From: Eledone cirrhosa
Lineage: Eukaryota
Assembly (NCBI GenBank): GCA_964016885.1
Contig: OZ024743.1
Location: 193,502,001 to 193,566,000, forward strand
Direction: 5' to 3'
Length of the DNA: 64,000 nt
The notes under the pieces are model-generated. The model was not told the origin of the DNA and searched no databases. It was given only the letters and a program-made list of their open reading frames with translations. Shown here piece after piece: positions 42,918 through 51,882 of this stretch; the first letter of the stretch is position 1; the number at the start of each line of letters is the position of its first letter. Position numbers and translations under genes: made by a program.

Positions 42918-45900
42918 CAACAACCCATTATTGTCTCTGATTGAGATGAAGCAAGAGTGTACTTGAATAAATATAAATATGAGAAAATTCATCATTAGAA
43001 CATTTGGCTGTTTTGTTGGCTGTTCTTGTAATGAATTTTCTCATTTTTATATGCATTTTACATTTATAAATTTATAAATTGTCTATTCACAAATATTTTG
43101 ATGAAAGAAAGGGTACCCAACTATAGAAAACCAGCCAAACAAAGAGTTGGGAAGACTCTTCAGCTGTGTAAAAAACACAAGACAACCTCCCTAGTATTGG
43201 TGCCATGATAAAATGCTATCAGTAGAACTGGGGAATGTATATAAACAAGATGTGGACTCCTGGCTGGTTAGAGACATCAATAGCTCTGCTCGAGAACTGA
43301 CTGGTCTGTGAAAAAACGCCCAACCCTTGTTAGCAGGGAAAATGGATGTTAACCTTTAGCATGCTAATGGCAACATAATGCACCAGGGGGTACTCTCATA
43401 AAAATTACTAGCACGCTAAAGGTTAAGTGATGATGATGCGTTGAAACTAAAACAAACTAGTACACCAAAGTATACTCATATGATTTAGTCATTACCTTTA
43501 TTATTGTCTTTATTATCATTATAATCATCATTTAATGTCAGTTTTCACTGCTAGTAATGGTTGGTGAATATACTAGACGTTCTTAATGAAATGGCTTGTG
43601 TAATGAAATGATTATAGTTTCTAACTTCATTGAACCATTTCACACCAAACTGCCTGAAACCACCCCTGGTTCTATGATGTAAAATTGTTTATTTTAAAGT
43701 ATTTATATTTATCTTTCCATCATAGAATTTGGTTTCTTGTTCTCACATAGCTGGATACATAAATATATTTATGAGTTTTATATCAAATAATAATAATAGT
43801 ATTCGATTCGTTTTCAAGCAAACAGCCCCATTATGCTATGTTTTTTAGATGACCACAGCCATCCATTTGTTCTAGCAGTAGCATAGAGAAACAATCTACA
43901 TTGTTGTTTCAGGGTTATTGCCCTTCGATGGCAGTCATCTAAAAACATACCATAATGAGGCTGTTTGTTTGTAAATGAATCAAATATAATTATTATTATT
44001 ATTTGATATAAAACTCATAAATACATTTCCATTATAATTATGTGTAAAACACTTGTTAAATTATGTTCCGAAAATTATTTGAAAATCATAGGCAGTGTAT
44101 TTCATAAAAAATATGGTAACAAAAGGGTTAACTATAATTGGCACTGCCTGACTATTCCATAGAGAAAATCACAATTCAAAGCTATAAAAAAATTTGCATA
44201 TTGGTATGAATTTGACAACTGTTATAAATTCTTGATAAAAAATACTGCAGAGACTGAAAAACATTTATGCCATACACACACATACACACACATATATATA
44301 TATTTTGAGTATGTGTTGGTTGTTTACCGACACCTCAGTATGCAGGTTGGAGCACTCGACGAAATACGTAGGTTGGTTTGTTTACTCCGGAGTAATGTAA
44401 AATAAGTAAGTCAAACATTAAATTTGGCTTCGTTTATTATAAATTCTCTGCTATATATATTTCAGTGACAGCTATTATTGGCTGTGACCTCATCGGGCAG
44501 TACGAATGAATGTAGAAAAAAACAGGTAAACATGCTGTCAATTCATCGATATGTCCAGCCTCTGGGTGTGTTGTTAGTCCTACGACTAACATATATATAT
44601 ATACATATCATCATCATCATCATCATCATCATCATTTTACGTCCACTTTTCCCTGCTTGCAAGGGTAGGACGAGTCTTATTTAGCACAGCATCTCTCCAC
44701 TTGTCACGGTTCTTCGTCATCTCCACCGTGAGCTTCAGTGATCTGAGGTCTGTTCTCACCACCTCCGCCCATGTTTTTCGTGGTCTACCTCTACCACGTC
44801 TTCCTTCAACTGGCATTTCCTGGCACTTCTTCACCCATCGGTCATCCTCCATGCACATCACATGTCCATACCACCTCAGTTTCCTCTCTCGCACACTACA
44901 TTCTATCCCTCTTAGAGAGTTTCTCTCTCAACACATTCACGCACATTGACATTGCACATCCAATGGAGCATGCTTGCCTCATTTCATATATATATAAAAT
45001 CACTCAGATGGTGGATGGGTACTACACGAGAATGCTGAGGATGGCTCTGAACATTAATCAGTATACACTGAGGATGAAGAACTCAGAGCTGTATGGGAGC
45101 ATCCCAAAAGTCAGCTCAAATGTGACACAGAGGAGACTGAGGTTAGCTGGACAAGCTCACCGGCATCCAGAGTTGACACTGCACTCAGTGCTCCTGTGGG
45201 AGCCCCTGCATGGACACACTGGAAGAGGAAGACCAAGGTTAACATATGTTAATGCCCTAAGGACAGACACTGGTCTCTTGGAGACGCAGGACATGGCACT
45301 GATAATGAGGGACAGAGACTGCTGGAGAGAACTCGTCCATGGATCTCGGGAATATTACCTGCCCTAGATATATATATATACCTGTTAGCAAGCGCTATAT
45401 GTATATATATATATGCAAAAGGCAAACAGAAATAACAAAGCAAATGACACAGTACAACAAAGAAATATATTATCAGTTTTACGCATGATATTGTCGGAAA
45501 AGAGTCTTAATGTTTTGGACGCTAGTCCTTCATCAGAAAATAGAATGAGAAATTAAAGAAGAAATAGAAAGATTGAGGAGCCGAGCAGGGCAGAAATGGG
45601 AAAACATTTTTTAGAGAAAAATAACAGGTCTATTCATGTTGCCATCTCTTACCACCCCACCCCTATGTCTTACTAAACAAAACTTTCAGTTTAAAGTGTC
45701 CATATTTGAATTAAAGTCTTCAATCATTAAATTTATGCAAGAATGGTTTTGTTTAGTTCCAAACACTATCTTAATGAGAAAGTCAATTTACTAAGTATCA
45801 CCAGTTTCTTAATTATTTTCAAAATTAATTAAAACACACGATATATAGCAATCATCATCACTGTTTAATGTCCATTTTCCACACTTGCATGGGTTAGATG

Positions 45901-48900
45901 AGTTGGCCTGTTGTGAGACAAGCCAGGTCTGATGACTATGACTTGCTTATACAGGACTCGTTTTGGCTTGGTTTCTATGACTGGATGCCCTTCCTAACAT
46001 CGTTCACGTTTACAGTGTGGGCTGGGTGCTTCTTGTCATGACACCTACACAACCCCTTTATAGTGTGGTTGGGTGTTTTATGTTGTGCCGTGGCACCTAC
46101 ACGACCACTTTACAGAGGAATGATATGGACCCCAGTCCTATCATCTCATTTCTACAGCTGAGTAAACTGGAGCAATGTGAAATAAAGTGTCTTGCTCAAG
46201 GAAACACATCACCCGGTCTGAGAATTGAACTTACAACTTTTCGATTGCAAGGCCAATGCTCTAACCACTAAGCCATGGAGGCACGTGGCCTAGTGGTAAG
46301 AGTGTTAGACTTACGATTATAATGTTGTGGGTTCGATTCCTGGGTTGTTCTTGAGCAAAACACTTCATTTCACATTGCTCCAGTATACTCAGCTGAAAAT
46401 GAGTACCAGCAATAGCTGGAGGTTTAACCCTGCGATGGACTGGTGTCCTGTCCAGGGGGGGAGTCTTGTACTCTCAGTCGCTTCACGCCATGAAACCGGG
46501 ATAAGCATCAGCCAAATGAGCCTTCTGGCTTAAGACAGACTTTAGACTTTAGATATATATATACATATATACTGTAATAGTATATCTATTAAAATAGTTG
46601 TAGTGTATAAACCATAACAGTATATAGTGTATATATCATAACAGTATACAGTGTATATATCATAACAGTATACAGTGTATATACCATTACAGTATCATAG
46701 TATATATACTAAAATAGTATGCAATGTATATATCATACGAGTTGATACATTTACATGATAGAGAATTAGTTAATTCAATGATATAGATTCTAGAAAAAAA
46801 AAAAAGAAATTATATCAATAAGATTACACTCAAACAAAGTGTCTTTTACAAATGTTTACTATTTAACTGAATAAATTAATTCTAAATATTAATATATATT
46901 TAGCTTGGCTCTAAAATAACTGTTGGTTTATGTACTCTTGAGAGAACATTTGGGTCTGACAAGCAGATGACTGCAATTTCATTCAGCTTCGGTGCAGGCA
47001 TAGCCACTTATGTTCTTTCAGTCTGATTGTATTTATTCTCCCATGGGGTTATAATGAGAAATTTATTTTATGGCAAAGCTAAATATACACACATATATAT
47101 ATATATATATATTTAGCTTTATGGTAAAATAAATTGCTATTCAGCAACAACCACCTAAACTTTCAGTTTTTTCAAAAATAGCCCATAAGACCTTGGAATT
47201 TTCAAATTTCCAGTTAACATTTTCTTTAAAATGACAAGCTCAAAGTGATTGGCTTTTAGTATCTGAGAGACTTCAGATAGTGGAGATTAAGGAAATCAAA
47301 TTCCAAATGCATGTTATAAAAGCCACTTCAAGTACTAGGCCTCTAAAAATCAAATAAATTCAATATTTTCATAATTTCAGAAATTGCCCAAATGGCCATA
47401 AATTCTGATTGGCAAGCGCTATGGAGAAAATATTTTCAGAAATTACTTCTTTCATGGATACCAATAGATGGTGAAAATTTGAAGAAATCTGAAGACCTCC
47501 GGGCCAGACTCCTATTGAATTTCACTGGAATGACCCATATATATATATATATATATATACACACATTACACTAAATTTATTTTTGTTTAATACAAGTTTC
47601 TGCAAATACAAGTTTACACTTAAAACAATCTGATACATTTACATTATCACTCTTAGTTCATTCTTTAATTATATATTTTACAATATGTTTTACTATTAAC
47701 CTTTACCTTATAATCTAAAGCATTAACTATAATTTTCAAATTACTTTGAAAATAATCAAGAATTTGAGGGATTTAGTAATATAATTTCTCATTATTGAGC
47801 TGATGTCTGGACCATAATTTAACAAAAGCTCTAGGATAAAACTATGATGGAAGCACTTTAACCCTTTTATTACCACATTTATAATCAAATACACTGTATT
47901 TGAATTAATTAATGAAGAATTTGGATTTTCTAAAATTACTAATTATTTTATTATTAAGATGGTATTTGTAATATAACTTAATCAATCAAAGGTTCTTATA
48001 TCAAATTATGGGGAAAGTTTAAATTTAAATAGAGACATTTTAAAATACCTGCTGGAAGGAGTGTTTGAGGACTCTGCCCTGATGATCCTCTCAGGAATAA
48101 GTGGGTGAAGAAGAAGACATTTTAAAATGGGTGGATTTGTGTCACAGAACTAGAGGTAGTTTTGGGTTGGTTGGTAATAAAAGAGTTAAAATAAACATTG
48201 TTTTGTACGTGTGTTTCAATATTTTATTTTATATCAAAACTCTTGTGAACCAATTAAAAAAGAAAATTTAATAATTTCTCTTTAAAATGCTTATGACTTT
48301 CTACTTTTAAGAACTATTGTCTCATGATGCCACTTAATAATTCAAATATTATAAACTAATAGATGAATTATGAATGATAATGTATTTTTACCAGACAAAC
48401 AATGGAGACTGAAAATAAGTTTTATACAGTTCCTATAATAATAAGTCTGTCTTACACACTTCCTATTGTAATTTTTTATGAAAGCATGTGGCCTTGTTGG
48501 TTAGAGTGTTGGACTTACGATTATAATATCATGGGTTTGATTCCTGGACCAAATTGTGTGTTGTGTTATGTTCTTGAGCAAAACAGTTCATTTCACCAAG
48601 TTCCAGTATATTCAGCTGAAAATGAGTTGCAGCAGTAACGGGGAGTTTAACCTGGCAATGGGTTGGTGCCATGTCCAGGGGGATGTCTTGAACTCTCAGT
48701 TGCTTAAAACCAAGGAAACCAGGATAAGCACTGCCCTAATGAGCCTCCAGTCTTGAGACAGCTTTTAGACTTTTTTTACAAAGCAATTTATAGGAAAATT
48801 ATATAAATCTATCTTATAGTAATTTATCAGAAAATAAGTTCTGTCTATCTTATAGATTTCTTATAGTAATTTATACAAAATATTTCTATAAAAATCGTTT

Positions 48901-49250
48901 ACTTACCTGTTCAAAATCAAGGATTGATTTCAGAGTAAAAGTCCCTGTTCTTGAATCAAGATGAAAGACATCCTTTCCCCAGTCTGTTAACAAATGATAT
49001 GAAACGGTTCCATTTGGACCATCATCAGGATCTCGAGCAAGTATGCTGCCTATAGTCGAGTTGATTGGAAGATCTTCTAAGAGATCAAATGTGTAAATGG
49101 ACTTGTTAAATTTAGGGACATTATCGTTGATATCAAGTATATTGATTTGTACCATAGCTGTAGCAGAATGGGCACCATCAAATGCAGACAAATGCAGGTT
49201 GTAACGAGGCATTCTTTCTCGATCTAACTGGTTTCGTAATGACAAGATTC
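1390..49250 (-). CDS. FAT4: Fat-like giant cadherin, internal 10 exons (partial gene; about 1220 aa of tandem extracellular cadherin repeats)
   Basis: Ten GT-AG exons join in frame (intron phases 1|0|1|0|2|1|2|1|0|0|2) with repeated cadherin motifs (DxNDNxPxF, LDRE/LDFE, AxDxDxGxNG). The segment [45 protein letters not shown] resembles Drosophila Fat/vertebrate FAT4 as recalled, so orthology is not tested. Confidence 0.85.
2297..2515. repeat. long inverted repeat (about 90-bp arms), MITE-like
   Basis: tataatatataatgtggaaagtgata...gtaagttacctggtaa / ttaccaggtaacttac...tatcactttccacattatatattata. Confidence 0.88.
4460..5080 (-). CDS. FAT4: Fat-like cadherin exon I (621 nt, phase 0 to 0)
   Basis: ccacag|AGC acceptor; CAA|gtaagt donor; LDFEE...DINDNAPYF...IDRE...KAVDQ. 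Confidence 0.93.
5992..6182 (-). CDS. FAT4: Fat-like cadherin exon H (191 nt, phase 1 to 0)
   Basis: ttttcag|GTGAA acceptor; CAG|gtaatt donor; [18 protein letters not shown]...TASDQ. Confidence 0.92.
7105..7702 (+). mobile_element. RTE family with (GAA)n tail, 3' fragment (other copies 4185-4450 +, 14855-15075 +, 39885-40215 -, 48047-48114 +)
   Basis: Degenerate YYGHVIRM...[12 protein letters not shown]; conserved end CTCTGCCCC...CTCAGGAATAAGTGG then GAA repeats. The 48047 copy has a 14-bp TSD agacattttaaaat. Confidence 0.8.
7521..7702 (+). repeat. (GGA)n-(GAA)n polypurine tract (expanded LINE tail)
   Basis: About 180 nt of purines only. Confidence 0.95.
9438..9625 (+). repeat. about 23-25-bp C-rich minisatellite (cactgctacactaacccctcctc)
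   Basis: About 7 degenerate units. Confidence 0.8.
9713..9933. mobile_element. piggyBac-type MITE family A (second copy 35859-36057; partials 93-253 and 6295-6385)
   Basis: TTAA TSD, TIR CCCTTTAGCATTTA / TAAATGTTAAAGGG. Confidence 0.85.
10178..10912 (+). mobile_element. tandem array of four Nin-type SINEs; inverted copy at about 11143-11365
   Basis: Repeated tRNA-like head, core GCCTTTCATCCTTACGGGGTCGATAAAATAAAGTACCAG and (ATT)n tails. Confidence 0.85.
11645..11990 (-). mobile_element. tRNA-derived SINE with RTE-derived tail (also 14222-14480, 45850-46275, 58780-59080, 63713-64000)
   Basis: A-box TGGCTTAGTGG, B-box GAGTTCAATTC, central CCTTGAGCAAGACACTT domain, tail matching the RTE 3' UTR, (GAT)n; TSD cagatcat. 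Confidence 0.85.
12459..12767. mobile_element. hAT-type MITE (copies 3423-3737, 22019-22300, partial 28281-28515)
   Basis: TIR CAGGACCGGATTTA / TAAATCCAATCCTG, 8-bp TSD ataaggcc/acaaggcc; 3423 copy has gttaagtg/gttgagtg. Confidence 0.82.
12986..13236 (-). CDS. FAT4: Fat-like cadherin exon G (251 nt, phase 2 to 1)
   Basis: ttttcatgaag|GTAT acceptor; AAAG|gtattt donor; [15 protein letters not shown]...FDRE...DKNDNKPMF...PTIK. Confidence 0.88.
13308..13462 (+). repeat. interrupted (CAA)n microsatellite
   Basis: Direct inspection. Confidence 0.9.
13909..14175. mobile_element. hAT-type MITE inserted in a SINE head
   Basis: TIR CAGTAGCGTGCAG / CTGCACGCTGCTG, 8-bp TSD cactaggc/cactaggt. Confidence 0.8.
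15835..16330 (+). mobile_element. old degenerate RTE LINE fragment
   Basis: Remnant FCYLGDML...WKKF..LSGVL...LKLKGKVY with stops and frameshifts. Confidence 0.65.
16735..17439. mobile_element. piggyBac-type MITE family B, interrupted by CR1 (others about 8606-8862, 43634-44127, 47862-48185, 36835-37320)
   Basis: TTAA|CCC...GGG|TTAA termini and shared internal sequence. Confidence 0.7.
16793..17190 (-). mobile_element. CR1-clade LINE 3' fragment (shorter copy 5662-5905)
   Basis: Minus strand encodes [11 protein letters not shown], matching the CR1 ORF2 C-terminal 'RVVxxWNxLP' motif; two similar copies. Confidence 0.75.
19186..19452 (+). mobile_element. SINE with the same tRNA head and a CpG-rich unique tail
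   Basis: Head matches the 11645-type SINE up to gctgtagaaatgagatga, then unrelated GC-rich sequence. Confidence 0.7.
19452..20287. repeat. long compound (TA/CA)n microsatellite (others 18913-19185, 21015-21250, 58525-58780, 60757-60850, 61010-61170, 63349-63712)
   Basis: Direct inspection; these tracts generate the spurious YI-rich ORFs. Confidence 0.95.
20921..21017. mobile_element. about 100-bp Tc1/mariner-like mini-MITE
   Basis: ta|CAAGGAGTCCCAAAAGTATAC...GTATACATTTTTTGGGAACACCGTG, resembling mariner TIR CAGGGTGTCCCAAAA. Confidence 0.55.
21760..22700 (+). repeat. about 110-bp tandem repeat interrupted by a hAT MITE and a Nin-SINE (related units 11565-12200, 58035-58150)
   Basis: Recurrent gcagtcatagtgctgttttgtactttacaag and gttaattcaaatgtttatagtatctttactagtggacagat. 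Confidence 0.72.
22786..22966 (-). CDS. FAT4: Fat-like cadherin exon F (181 nt, phase 1 to 2; absent from ORF track)
   Basis: atcttag|GTTCC acceptor; TTAG|gtaagc donor; manual translation [61 protein letters not shown]. Confidence 0.92.
23207..24305 (-). mobile_element. three head-to-tail copies of the RTE-tailed SINE (period about 369 bp)
   Basis: acgtccgc anchors at 23241, 23609, 23978; copies nearly identical including the spacer atgtatatatatatgtagtgt. Confidence 0.9.
25039..25227. repeat. inverted repeat (about 58-bp arms) with nested 15-bp hairpin
   Basis: aaattagaaatataagctatcg...aattattta / taaataatt...cgatagcttatatttctaattt; inner atgagtattgacgta-tg-tacgtcaatactcat. Confidence 0.88.
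25525..25973 (-). CDS. FAT4: Fat-like cadherin exon E (449 nt, phase 2 to 1)
   Basis: ctgctag|GTAT acceptor; TCAG|gtaaga donor; YFIIEGDD...LDYE...DINDNAPIF...LDRE...ATDS. Confidence 0.93.
26205..27135 (-). mobile_element. tandem array of about five Nin-type SINE copies
   Basis: Repeated ttttatcgacccc..aaggatgaaaggcaa..aacc..ggatttgaactcag separated by (AAT)n. Confidence 0.82.
27355..27678 (-). mobile_element. SINE with related head and a fourth tail type (degenerate copy 34745-34995)
   Basis: gaaggcgcgtggcttagtggttagg head, CCTTGAGCAAGACACTT domain, tail ...gatcaactggaatac...accgacggagtgcc. Confidence 0.72.
27764..28224 (-). CDS. FAT4: Fat-like cadherin exon D (461 nt, phase 0 to 2)
   Basis: ttccag|GTG acceptor; CG|gtgagt donor; [15 protein letters not shown]...LDRE...DENDNNPVF...[10 protein letters not shown]. 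Confidence 0.93.
28780..29040 (+). repeat. degenerate minisatellite (attgcagtaatagggattagtacc-like)
   Basis: Repeated cagtaatagggattag motif. Confidence 0.65.
29566..29756 (-). CDS. FAT4: Fat-like cadherin exon C (191 nt, phase 1 to 0)
   Basis: ttttag|GAATC acceptor; CAG|gttagt donor; [14 protein letters not shown]...LDREKYPSY...ALAQ. Confidence 0.92.
30220..30965 (+). mobile_element. CRE-like non-LTR retrotransposon 3' fragment (Zn knuckle plus restriction-like endonuclease)
   Basis: GC-rich; across frameshifts reads LRLGL.ICEPHKC...RHAALN...KPAG...AEEGKLSKY...[12 protein letters not shown]...I..GN, the RLE signature of CRE/R2-type elements. Confidence 0.75.
31922..32330 (+). repeat. 48-bp minisatellite (about 8.5 units) expanded from the RTE/SINE 3' UTR; degenerate array also 29965-30190
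   Basis: Unit tcacgacaaaaagcacccagtccacaatgtaaagtggtcgtgtaggtg, followed by the normal RTE tail to about 32505. Confidence 0.88.
34296..34642 (+). mobile_element. Nin-core SINE with long alternative tail (also 5287-5580, 35610-36110, 39625-39860 minus)
   Basis: TSD attatataata at 34285-34295 and 34643-34653; the empty site is visible in the adjacent tandem duplicate. Confidence 0.8.
40222..42495 (-). mobile_element. RTE-clade LINE family 1, 5'-truncated copy 1 (RT ORF 40578-42149)
   Basis: RT motifs [39 protein letters not shown]-type C-terminus (GRPKMTW), 3' UTR and (GAT)n tail. In-frame stop at about 42216 and a 2-nt deletion near the ORF end; no endonuclease domain. Confidence 0.93.
42558..42759 (-). 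CDS. FAT4: Fat-like cadherin exon B (202 nt, phase 0 to 1)
   Basis: tttcag|GTTCAA acceptor; ACAG|gtaagg donor; [14 protein letters not shown]...DINDNGPIF...ASDADT. Confidence 0.93.
43353..43422. mobile_element. 70-bp piggyBac-like mini-MITE
   Basis: TTAA|CCTTTAGCATGCTA...TAGCACGCTAAAGG|TTAA, inserted in a SINE/RTE tail. Confidence 0.75.
43766..44023. repeat. imperfect inverted repeat (about 95-bp arms) inside a piggyBac MITE
   Basis: tatttatgagttttatatcaaataataataat... / ...attattattatttgatataaaactcataaata. Confidence 0.8.
44608..44985 (-). mobile_element. RTE family 2 3' fragment
   Basis: LRWYGHV...[12 protein letters not shown] and same tail as 61172-61560. Confidence 0.88.
45000..45366 (+). 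mobile_element. 3' fragment of a distinct RTE-related LINE (second fragment at 60853-61010, minus)
   Basis: [10 protein letters not shown]...RRLRLAG...[15 protein letters not shown]...[10 protein letters not shown], a typical RTE-group ORF2 C-terminus. Confidence 0.8.
46276..46550 (+). mobile_element. tRNA(Arg-like)-derived SINE with CCCTGCGATGGACTGG tail (also 1013-1265 +, 13683-14215 -, 21380-21640 -, 48482-48770 +)
   Basis: A/B boxes, ttacgat loop, shared central domain, tail ending in gacttt repeats. Confidence 0.8.
48907..49250 (-). CDS. FAT4: Fat-like cadherin exon A (344 nt, phase 1 to 0)
   Basis: ttttcaaag|GAATC acceptor; GAACAG|gtaagt donor; [12 protein letters not shown]...DINDNVPKF...LDFEQ. 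Confidence 0.92.
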
Positions 49251-49744
49251 CTTTGAAAATAAAAATGTGATTCATCATATAATTAAAGTAAAAAGAAGAA
49301 AGTGCATTAAGAATTTAAAAATATATGATTTAGTCAGAATATGAAATACAATTGCGTTTTTTTTCTTCACACGTTTACTAATTTATTCCCTTTTTTATCT
49401 TTTTTTTTATTACTTGTCTCACTACCTCTTTTTCATTACCAACTGTAAGGAGTACTCAATACTTCCCTTACTCTGCTATGGCAGATTAAATAAATAAAGA
49501 AGTATGCTTTAGAAATTATTTGCATGTTATTTTTGTTTAGCTCCAATTCAACCCCAATTGAAGAGTAAACTCATGATCAAAGCCATTCTAGTCATGACCA
49601 TCCCATCTTTTCAAGGGAATACAGGACTGCATAATCTAAAATGTTATCCTTATTCAAGATGTTGTGACATGAGGGGTATTTTGATGCCATTTTTAGCAGG
49701 TAGAGTGATCATCTAGAAACTTTCATACTGGTTCAATTTATTTG

Positions 49745-49971
49745 TAGAAACTTATATATAGACAAATCACTACAAATATTTAAAAGTAGGAAAGGAAGGG
49801 AAAAGCAAGTGCTCTAGGGTCACAGAAGAATGGAAGGGGAAGGAGAATGGTGATGAGCTCTGGGCCTAGGGCCCGGCAGTGTTGGGGCTGCACCCCATGG
49901 ACAAGACCACAATAGCATTTCCTTTTCTGTTTTAAAATATTTGTAGTGATTTGTGTATATATAAGTTTCTA
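49745..49971. repeat. inverted repeat (about 50-bp arms) around a GC-richer core, MITE-like
   Basis: tagaaacttatatatagacaaatcactacaaatattt / aaatatttgtagtgatttgtgtatatataagtttcta. Confidence 0.8.
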
Positions 49972-50825
49972 ATAACTATACCCTCCTCTTCTTGGATGTA
50001 GTTAAATAAAAATGTATTTGAATGTGTTGAAAATGTTGTCTGTGACACAGAAACAGTGGTTTAAAGTTTGTTTACTGATAATGTTTTTATTGACCTCCCA
50101 GTTCCACATTATTTGTCAATTAACCTTTTGTTTAGTAGTTTGAAATCTGTAGACAGTGTATGATATTAATGTTAAATATGTTGCAAAATTTTATGATTTT
50201 AAAAATCAAGAGTTTTTGAGAAAAAGAAAGCTGGGAGCCGACTGGGTCCTTATGAAAATTTATTGTTTTTTTACATGAAATCCAGGAAATATTTTGGAAT
50301 TCGAAGAATAGGTCTTAAGCTGAAAGACATGAAGACACACATATTTGAAAGGATAAAAGGTATGGTGAAAGGACTCAATACTGGTGTAGGTAGTACAACT
50401 AATGGTTCATAAGAAGTATAGTAGGGTGTGTGTGTATATGGGGGGGGGGGACTCTTGGGTAAGCAGACAGGAAACAAACACTTAACTATCAGTGTTGTGG
50501 GTAAAGTAATCTAAACTATAATAAAGCAAGGGCTGCGGCATTGCGTACGGTTTTTTTTTTATCCCGTTAGTAAAATAAGTTGGATTACTTTGAATAAATA
50601 ATGAATGAATATTACACAATTTATTTACTAAATTTCGTAAACAAAAATAATTTCGTAAAAATAAATAATTTAAAATTGACTTCTTTTCAAAGTTGCACTT
50701 CCGGTATATCGTTGCCACCACCATCACTTCAACTACCATATATATAGAAAGAGAGTGTGATGTCAACACTTCCGGTGGCGATCACTTAAATAAACATACT
50801 AATTTTCTCCTAATGCAGTTTATAT

Positions 50826-51726
50826 ATAACTAGCAGCTGAGCCCGGTTGCACCCGGGGCCACTTTTTATTAAGTTAATAATTTGAAAAATATTATTGAAA
50901 GTTTATTATAAAGAAGCAGTTTCAGGAAAAAAAATAGAAATATGCACTTGGGGCTGGACGGCGTACAATCAGAAGTGGAGCGACGTGAAAAGCGTTGTTT
51001 ATTAACAGCGAAATAGCAATGTCGATGACACTTTTTACATAGGTGTGTAAATTTTCATGTCAGTCCGACCACGTCTACGACCATTTAACCGTGCAGAAAT
51101 AGCAATGTCGATGATATGCAATTTGAAAAATACTACTTACTGTTAGTGGTGGTTAACATGTATTAGAATTAAAATAAAACTCGCGTCCCTTCTTCGCAAT
51201 TTAAGGGTTTTATTTCTTTTGATGGAAAACAGTGACCGTACTGCAGAATCGATTTCATAAAACGGTACTGTATGATCGTTAAATGTAGAAGGATGATAGT
51301 TTATTAACAGCAAAATAGCAATGTCGATGATATGCAAGTTTAAAAATGCATATTATGAAGGTTTGTATGATAGTTTACACTTTTTCCTGAAACTGCTTCT
51401 TTATAATCAACTTTCAATAATATTTTTCAAATTATTGGTACTGTATGTTAACAGCGAAAGAACGTTGATGAGTTTAAACATGTGTATGAAATTGTAAATA
51501 AGACAAAAGTATTAGAACAGGGGGAAATAACTCACCGAACGCGATAGTTTTGGGGCCCCAGGGACCACATTTTTCAAGTTAGAGATTTGAAACCTCGTCT
51601 ATTTGCTTCCTTGGCACTTTTTACATAGGTGTGTAAATTTTCATGTCAGTCCGACCACGTCTACTACCATTTAACTGTGCACATCTGAATTTCAACCACC
51701 GCCCATTTCACAAATATATATTAGAT
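50826..51726 (+). mobile_element. Helentron-associated (HINE/DINE-like) non-autonomous element
   Basis: Starts taACTAGCAG..GCCCGGttgcaCCCGGG, has internal direct and inverted duplications and ends atatatattagat. Confidence 0.55.
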
Positions 51727-51882
51727 ATCGTCTTTTTTTAATGTATCATGGATTACGTTACTGATTACATAAAACTGTAACAACATCTTCATTCAATTTC
51801 TGTTTATATTGTCAATTACGATTTTATTTGATGTATCATATCTACATGCATATATACTTGCGTATAATATCAATATACACAC

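Noticed and set aside
1390-49250. Clustered protocadherin array
   Set aside because: All exons splice into one frame with more than 11 consecutive repeats and no signal peptide or TM segment, unlike 6-7-repeat protocadherins
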